A stretch of DNA of 64,000 nt from an uncultured bacterium (lineage in GTDB: Bacteria; Bacteroidota; Rhodothermia; Balneolales; DATFMH01): assembly GCA_963783355.1 (NCBI GenBank), contig CAWANF010000001.1:520728-584727 (forward strand), given 5' to 3'. Made by a program: the position numbers and the translations under genes. The notes under the pieces were generated by a model. That model ran no database searches. It was not told the origin of the DNA and saw only the letters and a list, made by a program, of their open reading frames with translations. Below, one piece after another: positions 1 through 11,094 of this stretch; positions within the stretch are counted from its first letter, which is position 1, and each line of letters opens with the position of its first letter.

Positions 1-846
1 GCGCTGAAAATTATTGGCACTCATCATGTTAACCAGGTGAGAATTGATGGCCGACATATAACTCGGACGATCGTATACCAGGAATGAATAATAAACATTG
101 AAATTGCCCAGGTAGGTTGTTCCATGTTGGGCAATCAGTGAATTATCCGGAGAATCAATTCCCTGTTGTGCTTCGGCAACCGCGTTTTGATAATCTTTAA
201 CTTGAAGATAAAGGCGGGCTTTCAACGTATGGGCCGCTTTGATCCATTTGGTGACATCCCCTTTGAAAAAGATATCGTCGCCGCTTCCGATGGATCCACT
301 TCCGCCTAAATTACTAATGGCTTCCGTTAGTTTTTGCTGCAGGCTGTTATAAATATCCGTTTGGCTGTCATAAACAGGATTTGGATATTGTGCAACATCG
401 GCCGCCTGGGTATAGGGCACATCTCCCCAAAGGGCCGTTATATCTCCCATAACATGCGCTTCGGTAATTTGAGCCAGGGCCAGTAACTTCTGATTATTTA
501 AATCCGTCGCTTTTTTTGCAACAATTCGGGCTTGCTTGACAACGTTCGGGTAGACATTGAACCACATATTGTCAAAATCCTGTGCGGTCATGTTATAATT
601 ATTATAACTGACATACTGACGATCGGAGCCGGTGAACTGTCCGGACCATATTCCGGCCAATCGGGCTGTTTCTCCTTCTAAAAAGAGAATTTCACCCACC
701 TGGGCTGCCGGAATGACCAGGTTTCCCGGAGCTTCGGTCGGGTTATTTGGATCTTCGCTGTAGCCTTTCGTGAATTCTTTACATCCCGATTCAATGAATA
801 CAAAGCCCAGCAAGAAGAATAGCATATATTTTATGTAAGTTTTCAT
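1..846 (-). CDS. SusD/RagB-family nutrient-binding outer-membrane lipoprotein (partial; C-terminus lies beyond the window start)
   Basis: Absent from the ORF track because it runs off the window. I checked by hand that the reverse frame is open for all 282 codons from 846 to 1. The N-terminus MKTYIKYMLFFLLGFVFIESGC is a lipoprotein signal with a lipobox Cys. The later segment ...KWIKAAHTLKARLYLQ... is SusD-like. It starts 27 nt downstream of a SusC-type gene, the canonical pairing. Confidence 0.8.
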   Translation of the reverse strand, partial: MKTYIKYMLFFLLGFVFIESGCKEFTKGYSEDPNNPTEAPGNLVIPAAQVGEILFLEGETARLAGIWSGQFTGSDRQYVSYNNYNMTAQDFDNMWFNVYPNVVKQARIVAKKATDLNNQKLLALAQITEAHVMGDITALWGDVPYTQAADVAQYPNPVYDSQTDIYNSLQQKLTEAISNLGGSGSIGSGDDIFFKGDVTKWIKAAHTLKARLYLQVKDYQNAVAEAQQGIDSPDNSLIAQHGTTYLGNFNVYYSFLVYDRPSYMSAINSHLVNMMSANNFQR

Positions 847-873
847 AACACTCTTCCTTATGAATAGCATGGA

Positions 874-3800
874 TTAGTAATTGAATTTCACGGTGAATAT
901 GAATGTCCGGGTGTTTGGATTATTGAAGTAATCCAGACCCATACCGTTGGTTGCCCCGGTTAAATTCGTTTCCGGGTCAATTCCCGTATATTTGGTCCAT
1001 AAGAATAAATTTCTCCCGGTAGCCGAAAATTCAATCGACGACAGTCCCGTTATATTTCTGAAAGCTTCAGAATTCCACAAATAGGACAATGAAACTTCCC
1101 GTATACGAACGTATCCGCCATCTTCAATAAACTGTTCGGAAACCGGGCCAAAACCACCGCCCAAATCGGTATACCATGATTCATCAAGTGCCACGGGACC
1201 GCCACCGAAGTCGTTCACTCTTCCGCGGAATGTCGTTCCCTGGGCTATGGTTGCCCCGGCATAATTTACAAGATCCTGGGGAGCCACTGTCTCAACGCCG
1301 GTATCTTTGTGAGTGCCAAATACATATAAGGCACCTCTTGTGCCATTCCAGACTTTCCCGCCCTGCTTGATATCCAGCAAGACGTTTAATGACAATCCTT
1401 TATAACGGAATGTGTTACCGATGCCCATTCTCCAATCCGGGTTAGGGTTACCTAGTACCGTATTGGCTGCCCCGGATTGCGGGAATCCATTAGCATCAAG
1501 GACCAGTTTTCCATTGGCATCACGCAGGTATGGAGTTCCCCATAAAACGCCAAGTGGCTGGCCAAGAACGGCACGTGACGACGTTCCCTGGAATCCATTC
1601 AGGAAGATATCGGTTGTTCCGCGAAGGCTGGTGACTTTATTCAGGTTTCTCGACCAGTTTACATTCGAGGTCCATATAAAATCGCCTAACCTCAGCCATT
1701 CGGCATCAAATTTCAGCTCGATGCCTTTATTTCTTATCGAACCGGCATTATCGGTTGTACCTGCAAAGCCGGTTGTATAGGCCGTGGTTACATTGAAAAT
1801 GGCATCCGTTGTTTTATTGTAATAATAGGTGGCGCTTAAGCCATATCGATCATTATAAAAACGCAGGTCGGTACCGAATTCAATTTCCGTTTTACGTTCC
1901 GGTTTCAGTTTTCTGTTCCCGAGAACATTACTTTCGATATATCCGCCATTATAATTTGCAGGATCCAGTGCGGAGCCCCAGCCGTCGGTAAAGAAAATAG
2001 CGGCATTATTGGAATAGATCGTCGTTGTCAGATAGGGGCCTGGTTGTCGTCCCACCTGTCCGAATGATGCCCGTAATTTACCGAAGCTTAATATTTTATT
2101 ATCCTTTAATGCGTCCAGCTTTGAAAATTGCCATGCCAAAGACGCGGATGGATAATAGAATGTGCTATTGGCCTCCGGACCAAAAGTAGATGCCGTTTCA
2201 CCACGTCCGGTTAACGACAAAAACAACATATCGTATGCCGATAACTTGATTTCTGAATACAAAGCGGCTGTCCGGACAATCTGTTTATAGTTGAACGGTG
2301 TCCGGTTAGAGGCCGGTGAGTTCGACAGGTTTGGAGGAGCGTTTGGCAGAATAAAGTTCGTGACGAATGCTCCTACGTTGGTTAATTCCCGGTCATTGAT
2401 ATTAGCACCGAGCATGATAGATCCATTGAAATTGTCATTCAAATCACGGGTTGCCCGAAGAATTAAATCGGAGTTCAACTGAAATTCATTGAAATTCTGT
2501 TGTCTCAAAGAACCGTTGTTATACTGCCCGGAATATTGGGCAAAGTACTCGTGACGCTGGTCAGAATAGGAATCCACACCGATACGATACGTGACATTCA
2601 ACCAGGTAAAGGGATCGTAAACCAACGATGTGTTGCCGATGACGCGATTTACAACCGTTCCATTGGTATTTCTGTTGATAGTGAAATTCGGGTTGTCATA
2701 ACCCGGGCTGCTGTTTTGTCCATATGGATTACGATACGAACGCTGCCGGTCGGGGATTATGGTCCCGTCACCGGAAACATAATTTACCAGGTAAACGGTA
2801 TTGTTAAAATCGGCCGGAGTACGGAGTCCGCCGAGGAAAATACCGCTCAGGTTGCTTCCCTGTTGAATCCTGTCGGATACCATTTTTATATAATTGGCAT
2901 TTACAGAAATACGAAAAGTCCGGCTCAGTGTATGTTCTGTATTGGCCCTCAAAGTGGTACGATCGTAGGAACTGTTCTTTTTAATGATTCCGTTCTGAGT
3001 GAGATTGGAAACATTTACGTAGTACGTAGCATTTTGTGTTCCACCACTGATACTCAGGGAATTATCGTATCTCAGGCCTGTATGGAACACATCGTAACGA
3101 TGATCGAAGATATCTTTGGAGTTTTTTCCGCCGTGGGGATCCGAAATTGGATCGGTGCCACTGGCGATTTTACCAAATTTTTCACCATTGGGACCGGTTG
3201 CGTAATTCCCGTTCGTAGTGAGATCGACGACATCGGCTCCGCCGCTTCGTTCAGAAATTTTATCTCCCCATGACTGGGATGAACCCTGGCTGAACATTCC
3301 ACCCGAACCTTGTCCGAATATTGTTTGCAGGGGCACGCTTTTATTTACATCGTCAGCATAGACCGATGATTTAAAACTTACACTGACTTTTTTTCCGGTT
3401 ACTGCCGAGCCTTTTTTTGTTGTTATGACGATAACGCCGTTTGCGGCCCTTGAACCCCAAAGTGCGGCAGCGGCAGCTCCTTTCAGAATGGTAACGGATT
3501 GAATATCATCCGGATTCAGGTCGTTAGAACGAACCTGTTGCTGCACACTTTGCAGGCGCTGATTGGGATCGTTAATATCCGTTTCAAACTGGTCGTTGCT
3601 AATCGGCATTCCATCGACAACGAATAAAGGTTGAGTGTCGCCGGTAATCGTGCTCTGTCCCCGGATAAGAATGTTAGCTCCTGAACCCGGATCTCCGCCG
3701 GACTGCGTGATATAAATGCCGGATGCTTTAGCTGATAAACCGGTAATAAGATTATTTTCACCGGAAGTGGCAATCGTTGTTCCGCTCACATTCGATGCCG

Positions 3801-4185
3801 ATCCGCCCGATTTATCCGGATCTTCTTTAAAACCCAATGCGCTTACGGTTACTGTTTCGAGGCCCAATAAATCGGGTTGCAAGCGTAATATTCATAACCA
3901 CATCGCTGTTTCCAACCGTAATGGCAACCTGGTGTTTCTTAAAGCCAATATAAGATGCAATAAGGTTATAATTTCCGGCCGGAATATTACTTATGACATA
4001 ATTTCCATCAGGATCCGTTGCGGCGCCTTTTTGCAATTCAACCAGCAAAATATTGGCCCCGGGTAGCGGCTGGCCGGTTGAGCCATCGATAATTTTACCC
4101 TGAACATTTACACCCTGGGCATATACAATCGAAGCAAAAATGTCAACAGGATAATGGGTATAGTTGATAGTAGCTTTCGAGCCAT
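874..4185 (-). pseudogene. SusC/RagA-type TonB-dependent receptor, reading frame broken twice near the 5' end (pseudogene or assembly indels)
   Basis: The 1002-aa ORF 874..3882 carries the plug (NILIRGQSTITGDTQPLFVVDGMPISN) and a beta-barrel ending ...FTVKFNY. The CarboxypepD_reg-like N-domain (ILLVELQKGAATDPDGNYVISNIPAGNYNLIASYIGFK) lies in a different frame (3827..4048 and upstream). A signal-peptide start (ATG at 4185, MARKLLSTIPIILLTF...) is back in the frame of the main ORF. Shift sites are near 4136-4140 and 3877-3884. Confidence 0.85.
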
Positions 4186-4545
4186 AGAGTACCTCTTGAT
4201 TAGGTGATGAGTATATACCAAATGCAATGCAAACAGAGGGGATATGAAGTGTATAACTGTCTCTTTCTCCTAATTGTTTGTGTCTTAAACAGTTATTTAA
4301 ATTATAAATGTATCTATCTGTATTATTTACAATTAGTTACAAAAATTAGTTTATACTCAATAATTAAAGATAAATTCCTATTATTACAATTATAAAATAT
4401 TAATATATGGGTATGTATATACCTGATAATAAATAAGATATGATTACGATAGCAGGAAGGATTAGGATGTGCGACTGAATATCTTATTGTAAGGTAATGT
4501 AAATAGGCAAAGTATATAATCGGAAGTGGAAATATTAAGAACAAA

Positions 4546-4576
4546 ACAAGCCCCGCTAAATAATAACGGGGCTTGT
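4546..4576 (-). terminator. Rho-independent terminator after the upstream SusC/SusD pair
   Basis: A 10-bp stem, acaagccccg / cggggcttgt, with an 11-nt loop sits 18 nt downstream of the SusD stop (4594). On the minus strand it is followed by TTTTGTTCTT. Confidence 0.7.
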
Positions 4577-4593
4577 ATCTGGAAATTAAATCT

Positions 4594-6060
4594 TTAGTTG
4601 GCGGGATCCCACCAAACATGTTGTTCCATAGAGGTATAGCCTACCGGTATACCTGTTTTCTTCACATTGGCTGCATTATTTTGCAGTTCGGATGAAGGAT
4701 AAGGATAACGCACCGGAATGACGGTTGTTTTAGCACCCGAAGCAATGGTTAATTGCGGGAATCCGGTTCTTCTCCAGTCGTTATAAACCTCAAAGTGTAA
4801 GAAGTTTGCGATATATTTTTGAGTGATGATATCACGCAATGCCGTGGCATCGGTCAGTGCAGCCTGATTTGAAACATAAGTTTCACGATCGGCAGCAGTA
4901 ACACCTAACTGATCCATAGAAGCACGGATGGCATCACGGTATATAGGATCTGCAGCAGCAGCTCCACTGGTGATGAACGTTGCTTCGGCTTCAATGAATT
5001 TTGCTTCGGCATAATTCATCCAGTTCAATGGAGCACCGGCGGCGCTGTAAAAAGAACCAATAGATGAGATATTGGCTGTTCCTTCACCTTGTGTACCATT
5101 AGCATGGCCTACATAGGTAGGATTGGTAATGGTTCCCGAGACAGCACCATTACCATCGACGGCTCCAACCGGACGGGCCTGGATGGGCAGGCGCGGATCG
5201 TTAAGGCCTGTAAGTAAATCGACGTACGTTTTACTTAACTGATTCCGTGTGTCCCATTTACCATCGATGGCAAACTGATACCATGGGTTTTCGGATCCCT
5301 GGGCATCGTAATAAGTAAAGTTGGCATTATCACTATTGCTGGCAAATCCATTTTGGAGTGCATCCAGGGCCGCCTGAGCTTGAGTGGCAGCCGTATAACC
5401 GGGTGCATTCGTTAAATGCATTAACAAGCGAGCTTTCAACGTATAGGTCAGCTTTTGCCATTTCGTCAGGTCTCCACCATAAAGCAAATCATCTGAACCG
5501 GGAGTCTTGGAACTGCTTTTCCCATAATTGGCAATGGCATCATCCAGCAAGGTGAATATGCTTTTGTATACGTTTTCCTGTGTATCGTATTCCGGTGTGG
5601 GGTTCGTAGGATCAAAGGCTTTGCTGTAGGGCACTTCATTCCATAAATCGGTCACAACGGATAGATTCCAGGCTAAAATGGTCTTAGCTATGGCCGAGTA
5701 CGCAAAATTACCGTCGGCTATTGCCTGAGCATCCATTTTACGGGCATTGTTCATGACATCGGTATACGACCAATATTGCCAGAGATTATTGACATCATTT
5801 TCTTTGACATCATAATTGTCGTCAGATGGCGGAACACCGTTCCAGGCTGTTTGCTGCGTCCATAAGCTCGTAGTCCGCACGGCATTATTTGCCAGGATCT
5901 CATAACTGAAATTACCTTCCAAAGCAGATAATTGCAGTGATTCAGGTACACTTTCGGGGTCATTGGGATTTTTGTTAACATCCAGAAATTTCTGGCATGA
6001 TACAGCCATCAATAAAACCGAGCATACCGTTAATAATTTGAAAATTCTACTATATCTCAT
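4594..6060 (-). CDS. SusD/RagB-family outer-membrane lipoprotein
   Basis: 488 aa. The N-terminus MRYSRIFKLLTVCSVLLMAVSC is a lipoprotein signal. SusD-like features include LTKWQKLTYTLKARLLMHL. It starts 38 nt downstream of a SusC-type gene. Confidence 0.85.
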   Translation of the reverse strand: MRYSRIFKLLTVCSVLLMAVSCQKFLDVNKNPNDPESVPESLQLSALEGNFSYEILANNAVRTTSLWTQQTAWNGVPPSDDNYDVKENDVNNLWQYWSYTDVMNNARKMDAQAIADGNFAYSAIAKTILAWNLSVVTDLWNEVPYSKAFDPTNPTPEYDTQENVYKSIFTLLDDAIANYGKSSSKTPGSDDLLYGGDLTKWQKLTYTLKARLLMHLTNAPGYTAATQAQAALDALQNGFASNSDNANFTYYDAQGSENPWYQFAIDGKWDTRNQLSKTYVDLLTGLNDPRLPIQARPVGAVDGNGAVSGTITNPTYVGHANGTQGEGTANISSIGSFYSAAGAPLNWMNYAEAKFIEAEATFITSGAAAADPIYRDAIRASMDQLGVTAADRETYVSNQAALTDATALRDIITQKYIANFLHFEVYNDWRRTGFPQLTIASGAKTTVIPVRYPYPSSELQNNAANVKKTGIPVGYTSMEQHVWWDPAN

Positions 6061-6098
6061 AATGATAGTATGTGTTTAATTATTAATAGGATAGCTTG

Positions 6099-9000
6099 TT
6101 ATAAGCTTACACGGATACTAACCGAGTAACTTCTTGTATTCGGCGTTACTTCATGATAAAAACCCTGAGCATTGCCACTGCCAAGCAGGTTGCCTTCCGG
6201 ATCACCATACGTGAATTTGGTATGTATCCACAGGTTTCTTCCAATACCGGATACTGTAATACCCTGGAATGGAGTTTTCGATACAATGCTCCTTGGCAAA
6301 GAGTAAGAAAGGCTCAATTCTTTCAACTTGACAAAACCACCGTCTTCAACAAGGTTTTCGTCGGCATTGGTGTAAAAACCGCGATAGTAAGCTTCATCGC
6401 GTACGATGGATGTCGTGTTTTTTGCACCGGTATTTGCGTTGACTCCGGGCCATATATACGAGCTGCCACGATTTGCTGTTTCAATAGCCGTACCGTAGTA
6501 AATGGTATAATATTTATCGAAGTTCAATATTTGTCCACCCTGACGCATGTTGAACAATGCCGAAACTGAAATACCTTTGTAGCTGAAAGAAGTCCGTAAG
6601 TTCGCTATCCAATCGGGTTGAACATTACCAATAGGCCCCAGATCGCTTGCCAGGATAGGATATCCCTGATCGTCTATCATCATTTGCCCTTTGGCATTTC
6701 TTTCATACCGTGTGCCCCAAATGACACCATAGCCGTTTTTGCCAGGCATAATTCGTATTTGAGGATCTACAAATCCTGCAAGGAAGATATTTTCCACTCC
6801 ATCGGCTAACTTGACAACGTCTGTCTGGTTTTTAGAGAAATTTGCAGTAAGATCCCATTGGAAGTCCTTGGTTTGTAACGGAGTTCCCGATAATGTGATT
6901 TCAACACCTTTGTTTCTGATGACTCCGGCGTTGGCTAATTTGCTTACGTAACCTGTGGTTGCAGAAACCGGAACAGAGAAAATCTGGTTCTTTGTTTCAC
7001 GGTTATAGTAAGAAAAGTCGACACGTGCCCGGCCTTTAAAGAAACGAAGATCCAAACCACCTTCATAGGAAGTCGAAATTTCAGGTTTTAAAGTCGGGTT
7101 ACCCAGTACATTACTTAACAGGTATCCGTTAACACCATTATACGGATAGTTGATATTACCACGGACCCCATCACCAGGATTGGCCTGTATATAGTTGGTT
7201 GTAAGCGAGTAAACAGGGGCATCGTTACCAATTTGAGCAACAGATAATCTCAATTTACCATAACTCAGCCAGGGATTGTCTTTCATACCGAGTGCATCGG
7301 TAAATACAAAAGAGAAACTGGCAGAAGGATAGAAATAAGAGTTGTTACTCGTTGGCAGCGTAGAGCTCCAGTCGTTACGGGCTGTCAGTGTTAAGTAAGC
7401 GTAATCACGGAAACCAAAAATTAATTGCGAATATAAGCTTACTAATCTGACTTTTTCCTGGTATTGGCTGGCGGTAACGGTATTGGCATTCGAAATATTA
7501 AAGAAATCAGGAATGTTCAACCCGGTTCCTACTTGTACCTGGCTGTCGTAACTCCGGGTATTGATATTATTACCAGCTAATGCGGAAAAACTGAAATCTT
7601 GTGAGAAATCACGGTTAACCTGAACAACAAAGTCAGAGTTGATTTCCGTACGGGTAATCTTTTGATCGTACATACCGGGTGTGGCACGTACCGTACCGAT
7701 ATTGGTTTCCCCTTTACGGGTATCACCATAGGTGTCAATTCCCAATCGTTCAGAGACATTCAACCATGGGTAAATATCATAGGTTGCCTTTGTATTCGCG
7801 ATAATACGGTCAACATTACTGTTATAACCGTTATTATGAACCAACCACAGCGGATTATTCCATGCCGTGCTGGCCATGTTTTGGGAACCGTCAGGATTTT
7901 GGTAATTCGTTATATCATAAGATATAGGAGTGGCATTAAGACTGTATAGATATGACAAGCTACCATTACCCATGGCCATCCACTTATTCTTCGTACGCAC
8001 ATAATTGGCCATTGTTTCCAAACGGAGATCCTTGGTCAGCTGGCTGCTGAAATTGGCCTGAAAGCTGCGTCTGTTAAGATTCGTTTCAGGAACAATACCC
8101 TGTTGATATAAGTCGGATACGGCCAGGTAATAGTTACCGACAGAAGAACCACCCGTTATGTCAAAATTGTTTTCAGTAACATTACCGGTACGATAAAAAG
8201 CTCTTCTGGGATCATAAACAGGAATGCTGCTGACACCAAGGTCAGATAATACCTGGCTGTTAACTTTATTTTTATCAGGGCCCCAACTCAAAGTCGTTTG
8301 AGATTGTGTTAAAGTCGTCTCCAGAAATATCTAACAGCATCCGGCTGGACATAACCACCATTGCCCAGGGGAAGACCATTTTGATAATAACCATTTTGGC
8401 CTTGTAAATAGGTATTCTGGAAACCTGCTATAATCGCTTTATCCCAGCCAACTCTTGAGTTGAATGTGAATCGGGTTTTCATTTTGCCTTTGCCCATTTC
8501 AGCACCTTTGGTGGTAATTAAAACCACGCCATTGGCTGCTCTTGAACCATAAAGGGCAGTTGCACTGGCACCTTTCAATACGGAAATACTGGCGATAGTA
8601 TTTGGGTCGAGGTCGAGTCCACGGTTTGATGTACCGCCAACAAAAAGGGCATTACCTCCCTGGTTGGCATCTTCCTCATTACTGATTGGTACGCCATCGA
8701 TAATAAATAATGGCTGATTGTTACCCAATAATGATGAGTTGCCACGAATTACAATACGGGAAGCAGCACCGGGCTGACCACTGGAACTATTAATTTCAAC
8801 ACCGGCAATCTTACCTTCGAGGGCGTTAACAAGGTTGGGTTCCTTGGATTTGTCGACCTCGTCGCCTTTTACATCCTGGACAGAATAACCAAGACTGCGT
8901 TGCTTGCGTTTAATTCCAAAAGCAGTAACGACAACTTCATCTAAACCAAGCATATCTTGTTTCAATGCAAAGTTTTTAGTGATGTTTTCGGTACCGACTG

Positions 9001-9277
9001 TTACAGAAACAGTCAACTTTTGAAAACCAATGTAAGATGCCGTAACCGTGTATGTTCCGCTGGGTATATCTGTAATTGAATATACGCCATCGGGCTGGGT
9101 CGAAGCACCTTTTTGCAACTGTTCGATATAGATATTAGCTCCCGGTAAAGCTTCACCGGTTTTACTGTCGGTTACTTTACCTGACAAAGTGACTCCCTGT
9201 GCAAAAGCACCGGATATAGGAATCAATAAGGCAAGTAAAGCTACACTAAGTAACTTTTTAACCATGGAGTTCCTCAT
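6099..9277 (-). pseudogene. SusC/RagA-type TonB-dependent receptor split by one frameshift (pseudogene or assembly indel)
   Basis: ORF 8309..9277 holds the signal peptide, CarboxypepD_reg domain (GVTLSGKVTDSKTGEALPGANIYIEQ...) and plug (IVIRGNSSLLGNNQPLFIIDGVPISN). ORF 6099..8291 holds the barrel. The total span of 3179 nt is not a multiple of 3. The frames switch at 8309-8330. Confidence 0.85.
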
Positions 9278-9645
9278 TTTTTGGTTAAGGGATATTTAAA
9301 TGAATAGGTATAATTAGCCCATAGTTGTAGAAAGGTATTACGATCTAAAGTAGCCTCTCTCGGCTTTCGTCATTTCCTCCATCAACACGAAAGCTATATA
9401 CCTAGAATGTAGGGATTTGACGCCCTTCTTGATTGAATATTTCGTTTCAAGTTTTATTCAGCTTATAAATAGCTATATCTTTAGATTAATGCAATAGGTT
9501 TACAGTTGTTTTTATCAATTATTGTTGGATTTGGCAGGAACTTTGAAATTGTCTGAAGTAGTATTTAATAACCGTTGTTTTGTATAACTTTTATTAAATC
9601 AGTGTTTTATAAAAAATATTCTGGCTGATAATGTACCATACAAAA

Positions 9646-11094
9646 TTAACTGATGCAACCATCTGACAAATTCAATAACTCTTCTATTTTTTGGTTATCA
9701 GATAGGAAATTGGGCAATTTCGTCTGTGCACTGCTTTTTAATCCATCAAACAACCATTCATGAAATAGATCAGGGCGAATAAATGCCAGTTGTGGTGCCT
9801 CGAGTGCACCTGTTTCCCGCCTGATGGCAAAATGACGATTGATCCTGCATAATTCTTCATCTATCTCTGTATGAACAGCACCGGTATCCTCTTTAGCAAA
9901 ATCAGAAATGATGAACCAGTGATGAACGGGAATGCCGGTTATTGGATTCAACCGGTGACCAATAATCAGACGTTCATAGGGGATATTCCATTTTCTAAAT
10001 ATCGTATCGATTGTATTTTTAGCTTCGGAGAAATGAAGGGCTTCGCCAAATCGGTCAATCATATCACTGACACGACCGGCGACACGAATACGGGGTGGAG
10101 TGACATTGGTGAACTCTACCACATCGTTCATGACGTACCGCCACAACCCGGCATTAGTAGATACACACAAAACGTATTTTTCCCCGGCAACAACATCCGC
10201 TGTTCGGATAGGCTTATTTGCATGTATTTCTCCCGGTGAATAGGGCAGCCATTCATAAAATATCCCATTGTCTCCGATTAACTTCATATCTTCGCCCCCG
10301 GGTGTATCGGTAAATGAAAAGTAACCTTCCGATGAACCGTAATTTTCTAAGAAGGAGACAGGCATACCTTTACAGAAATCCATGAGAGTGTCCTTATAAG
10401 ATGACAGGGATACTCCACCCGATACGATCAGACGTAGGTTAGGCCAGAGCTCACGAATGTGTTTCTTTCTACTGATTTCCAGGGCTTTCCGGAAGAATAC
10501 CAGCGTCCATGATGGGACGGCCGAAATAACACGGACATCTTTTTTCATGGCACGGTCGAGGCACAGGGCAAACTTGGGTTTCCAGGGCATTTCAGCCAGA
10601 ACCGACGGTGATACAACCTGAAAGGGTTTGATAAAAGCCGGACTCATCGATGCCAGGAAACCACTGATTTCCCCCATCATATTTCCATAATTATCCGGAA
10701 ACCGTTCTATACTTCCCGGCAGACTAACATGTGAACCTAAAAATAATCCCGGATCAGGATTTCTCTTCAGGTATGAGAAGATGACTTTTCGCATAAACCG
10801 CCGGTCGGATTCCAGCCGTTCCATTGTCAGTGGAAGATGTTTTCCTTTGCCGGTCGTTCCTGCAGAAATTGCAAATTTATCAACGATTCCAGGCCATAAA
10901 ACATCCCGTTCTGATGATTTTATACGCTCAATATATGGTTCAATATCGATATACGATACGACAGGAACCCTGGAAGTAAAATCTTCATATGTTTCTATAT
11001 TCTTAAAATCATACCGGCGCCCGTAAACCGTATCCGAGGCTTTTTCCAGTAAACTCTGTAATACTTTTTTTTGCTGCCGGATGAATTGATTCAT
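9646..11094 (-). CDS. GH3 auxin-responsive-promoter family protein (acyl-adenylate-forming superfamily homolog)
   Basis: 482 aa. The N-terminal pattern ...SDTVYGRRYDFKNIETYEDFTSRVPVVSYIDIEPYIERI...LWPG...FAISAGTTGKGKHLP is typical of bacterial GH3-family proteins. Confidence 0.75.
   Translation of the reverse strand: MNQFIRQQKKVLQSLLEKASDTVYGRRYDFKNIETYEDFTSRVPVVSYIDIEPYIERIKSSERDVLWPGIVDKFAISAGTTGKGKHLPLTMERLESDRRFMRKVIFSYLKRNPDPGLFLGSHVSLPGSIERFPDNYGNMMGEISGFLASMSPAFIKPFQVVSPSVLAEMPWKPKFALCLDRAMKKDVRVISAVPSWTLVFFRKALEISRKKHIRELWPNLRLIVSGGVSLSSYKDTLMDFCKGMPVSFLENYGSSEGYFSFTDTPGGEDMKLIGDNGIFYEWLPYSPGEIHANKPIRTADVVAGEKYVLCVSTNAGLWRYVMNDVVEFTNVTPPRIRVAGRVSDMIDRFGEALHFSEAKNTIDTIFRKWNIPYERLIIGHRLNPITGIPVHHWFIISDFAKEDTGAVHTEIDEELCRINRHFAIRRETGALEAPQLAFIRPDLFHEWLFDGLKSSAQTKLPNFLSDNQKIEELLNLSDGCIS

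Noticed and set aside
2500-3273. A 257-aa plus-strand ORF inside SusC #1, with similar long antisense ORFs at 12795..13379, 28677..29219 and 31338..31898.
   Set aside because: All lie entirely antisense to genes with strong family motifs. Their translations are low-complexity with no motifs, so they are typical shadow ORFs.
4321-4392. The direct repeat TATTAT(T)TACAATTA at 4321-4335 and 4379-4392, and AATTAGTT x2 at 4331-4349, upstream of SusC #1. These could be operator sites or an invertible-promoter signature.
   Set aside because: The region is extremely AT-rich, so short repeats of this kind are expected by chance. I found no flanking inverted repeats that would define an invertible segment.
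4323-4619. A 98-aa minus-strand ORF in the AT-rich spacer between the two SusC/SusD units.
   Set aside because: It overlaps the SusD stop and reads through the terminator hairpin. Its composition reflects AT-rich non-coding DNA (I/Y/L/F/N-rich), and it has no start context.
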